From contig DAORAL010000010.1 in assembly GCA_035344155.1 (NCBI GenBank), positions 24,118 through 88,117 on the forward strand: a stretch of 64,000 nt of DNA, in the 5' to 3' direction. Position 1 is the first letter of the stretch. Each line of letters begins with the position of its first letter. The position numbers were made by a program, and so were the translations under genes. The notes below the pieces were generated by a model that made no database searches, was not told where the DNA came from, and worked only from the letters and a program-made list of their open reading frames with translations. Positions 63,005-64,000 of this stretch are shown piece after piece. The stretch comes from Phycisphaerae bacterium. Its GTDB lineage: Bacteria > Planctomycetota > Phycisphaerae > UBA1845.

Positions 63005-64000
63005 ATGAGATCAATCAGCCCGTTTCGCGCCAACCAAGACACGCCAAGAAGAACCAGCGCGATCAGCGCGAAAGTCGCCATTTTGCTTTGCTTGATCGCA
63101 ATCGCGGCCGCCTCGACCCTCTGGGCCATTCGCAAGTCTCCCTCCGCAGACGTCAAACCGACGAACGTCCTGCTCATTACCATGGACACCACCCGCGCCG
63201 ACCACCTGGGTTGTTATGGTCATCCGGCCAACGTCACGCCAAACATCGACGCGATCGCCAACGAAGGCGTGTTGTTCGAACAATGCATGTCATCCGCACC
63301 AAGCACGCTCCCGTCACACTCGGCGATCATGACCAGCACACACCCTTTCGTGCACGGCGCCCGCGATAACATCGGATACCGACTGAGCCAAAGCAACACG
63401 ACCCTGGCTGAAGTCTTTCAACAAAAAGGGTTCAAGACTGCCGCATTCGTGTCAGCCGCCGTGCTCAATCGGCACACCGGTATCGATCAGGGATTCTCTT
63501 TGTACGTCGATGCCGGTGACGAAACCGAAATCCTCGGTCAGAAAACCTGCGACCGCGCCATCGAGTGGATTCGCGCCCAAACAGAAAATCCTTTCTTCGC
63601 CTGGGTTCATTTCTATGACCCGCATTTTGTTTACGAAGCGCCCGCCAACTTCGTTTCAACTGCGCCCAACGCATACCTGCGCGAAATCGCATACATGGAT
63701 GCACAGATTGGCCGGATTTTCGACGAACTGAAGCGTCTTGGACACTATGACGACACGCTGATCGTACTGATTGCCGACCACGGCGAAGGCCTCGGACAAC
63801 ACGGCGAAAACACGCACCTGTATTTCCTCTACAACACGACCATATCCTTGCCATTTGTGATGCGCTGCCCGCAGCAGATTCCGGCCAAGACAAGAATCGG
63901 TTCGGTGGTCCGATCGGTCGACGTCGCGCCAACCGTACTGTCGATCATGAATTCCGATCCGCTGCCCATCGCCCAGGGCACGGACTTAACGTCGTTGATT
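63005..64000 (+). CDS. Sulfatase-like (alkaline phosphatase superfamily) hydrolase/transferase, N-terminal part; runs off the window
   Basis: Own translation from ATG 63005: TM anchor, NVLLITMDTTRADHLGCYG, SSAPSTLPSHSAIMTS, WVHFYDPH, LIADHGEGLGQHGE. The frame is open to position 64000. Confidence 0.8.
   Translation, partial: MRSISPFRANQDTPRRTSAISAKVAILLCLIAIAAASTLWAIRKSPSADVKPTNVLLITMDTTRADHLGCYGHPANVTPNIDAIANEGVLFEQCMSSAPSTLPSHSAIMTSTHPFVHGARDNIGYRLSQSNTTLAEVFQQKGFKTAAFVSAAVLNRHTGIDQGFSLYVDAGDETEILGQKTCDRAIEWIRAQTENPFFAWVHFYDPHFVYEAPANFVSTAPNAYLREIAYMDAQIGRIFDELKRLGHYDDTLIVLIADHGEGLGQHGENTHLYFLYNTTISLPFVMRCPQQIPAKTRIGSVVRSVDVAPTVLSIMNSDPLPIAQGTDLTSLI

Overview
GC-rich bacterial chromosomal window that is densely coding on both strands. 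The gene content suggests Planctomycetota, possibly Phycisphaerae-like, but this is an inference from content only: many GspG-like prepilins, a PEP-CTERM protein, BlaI/BlaR1 pairs, FG-GAP/ASPIC, sulfatase-like and giant subtilase genes, and dockerin-like tails. No rRNA, CRISPR array, IS element, transposase or integrase was seen.

Left to right, the window contains:
- A histidine operon on the minus strand: hisH (partial), a HAD hydrolase, a divergent IGPD, hisD, hisG and a YerC/TrpR-like gene.
- A BlaI/BlaR1 pair, a DinG helicase and housekeeping genes (rpsR, Trm112, acyl-CoA ligase, SpoIID/LytB).
- Three TPR proteins and a DUF1778-GNAT (TacAT-like) toxin-antitoxin pair.
- A roughly 1450-aa S8 protease and tRNA-Thr(CGU).
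- Two tandem alkaline-phosphatase-superfamily paralogs with a small RHH-like gene and a membrane protein.
- PepE, then a Phd/YefM antitoxin coupled to an atypical partner.
- A CarboxypepD_reg/TlpA-thioredoxin reading frame interrupted by one in-frame TGA.
- YdeP-type molybdoenzyme plus MobA.
- A 12.5-kb minus-strand operon with 13 genes in the order: histidine kinase, receiver, HD-GYP, GAF/degenerate GGDEF, STAS, MshE/PilB-like ATPase, PilC, PilM, PilN, PilO, a PilP-like gene and two pilins.
- BtpA, a PEP-CTERM protein, an FG-GAP/ASPIC protein and a partial sulfatase-like gene.

Most notable observations:
1. The c-di-GMP and partner-switch-decorated type IV pilus/T2SS-like operon. Its ATPase carries an exact MshEN c-di-GMP-binding motif, and its GGDEF protein has lost the active site but kept an RxxD I-site.
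2. The in-frame TGA followed by a perfect hairpin with a GGUC tetraloop, which is either a SECIS-like recoding signal or a fresh pseudogene.
3. A family of REP/MITE-like palindromic repeats (core ATTCCCGC-N4-GCGGGAAT) at gene 3' ends, and a second nested palindrome inside the 5' end of a coding region.
4. A Phd antitoxin translationally coupled to a non-canonical 205-aa helical protein.
5. A candidate promoter with a long hairpin and T8 unit (sRNA or attenuator) upstream of the PEP-CTERM gene.

All calls rest on reading the supplied translations and sequence by eye. No database search was run.
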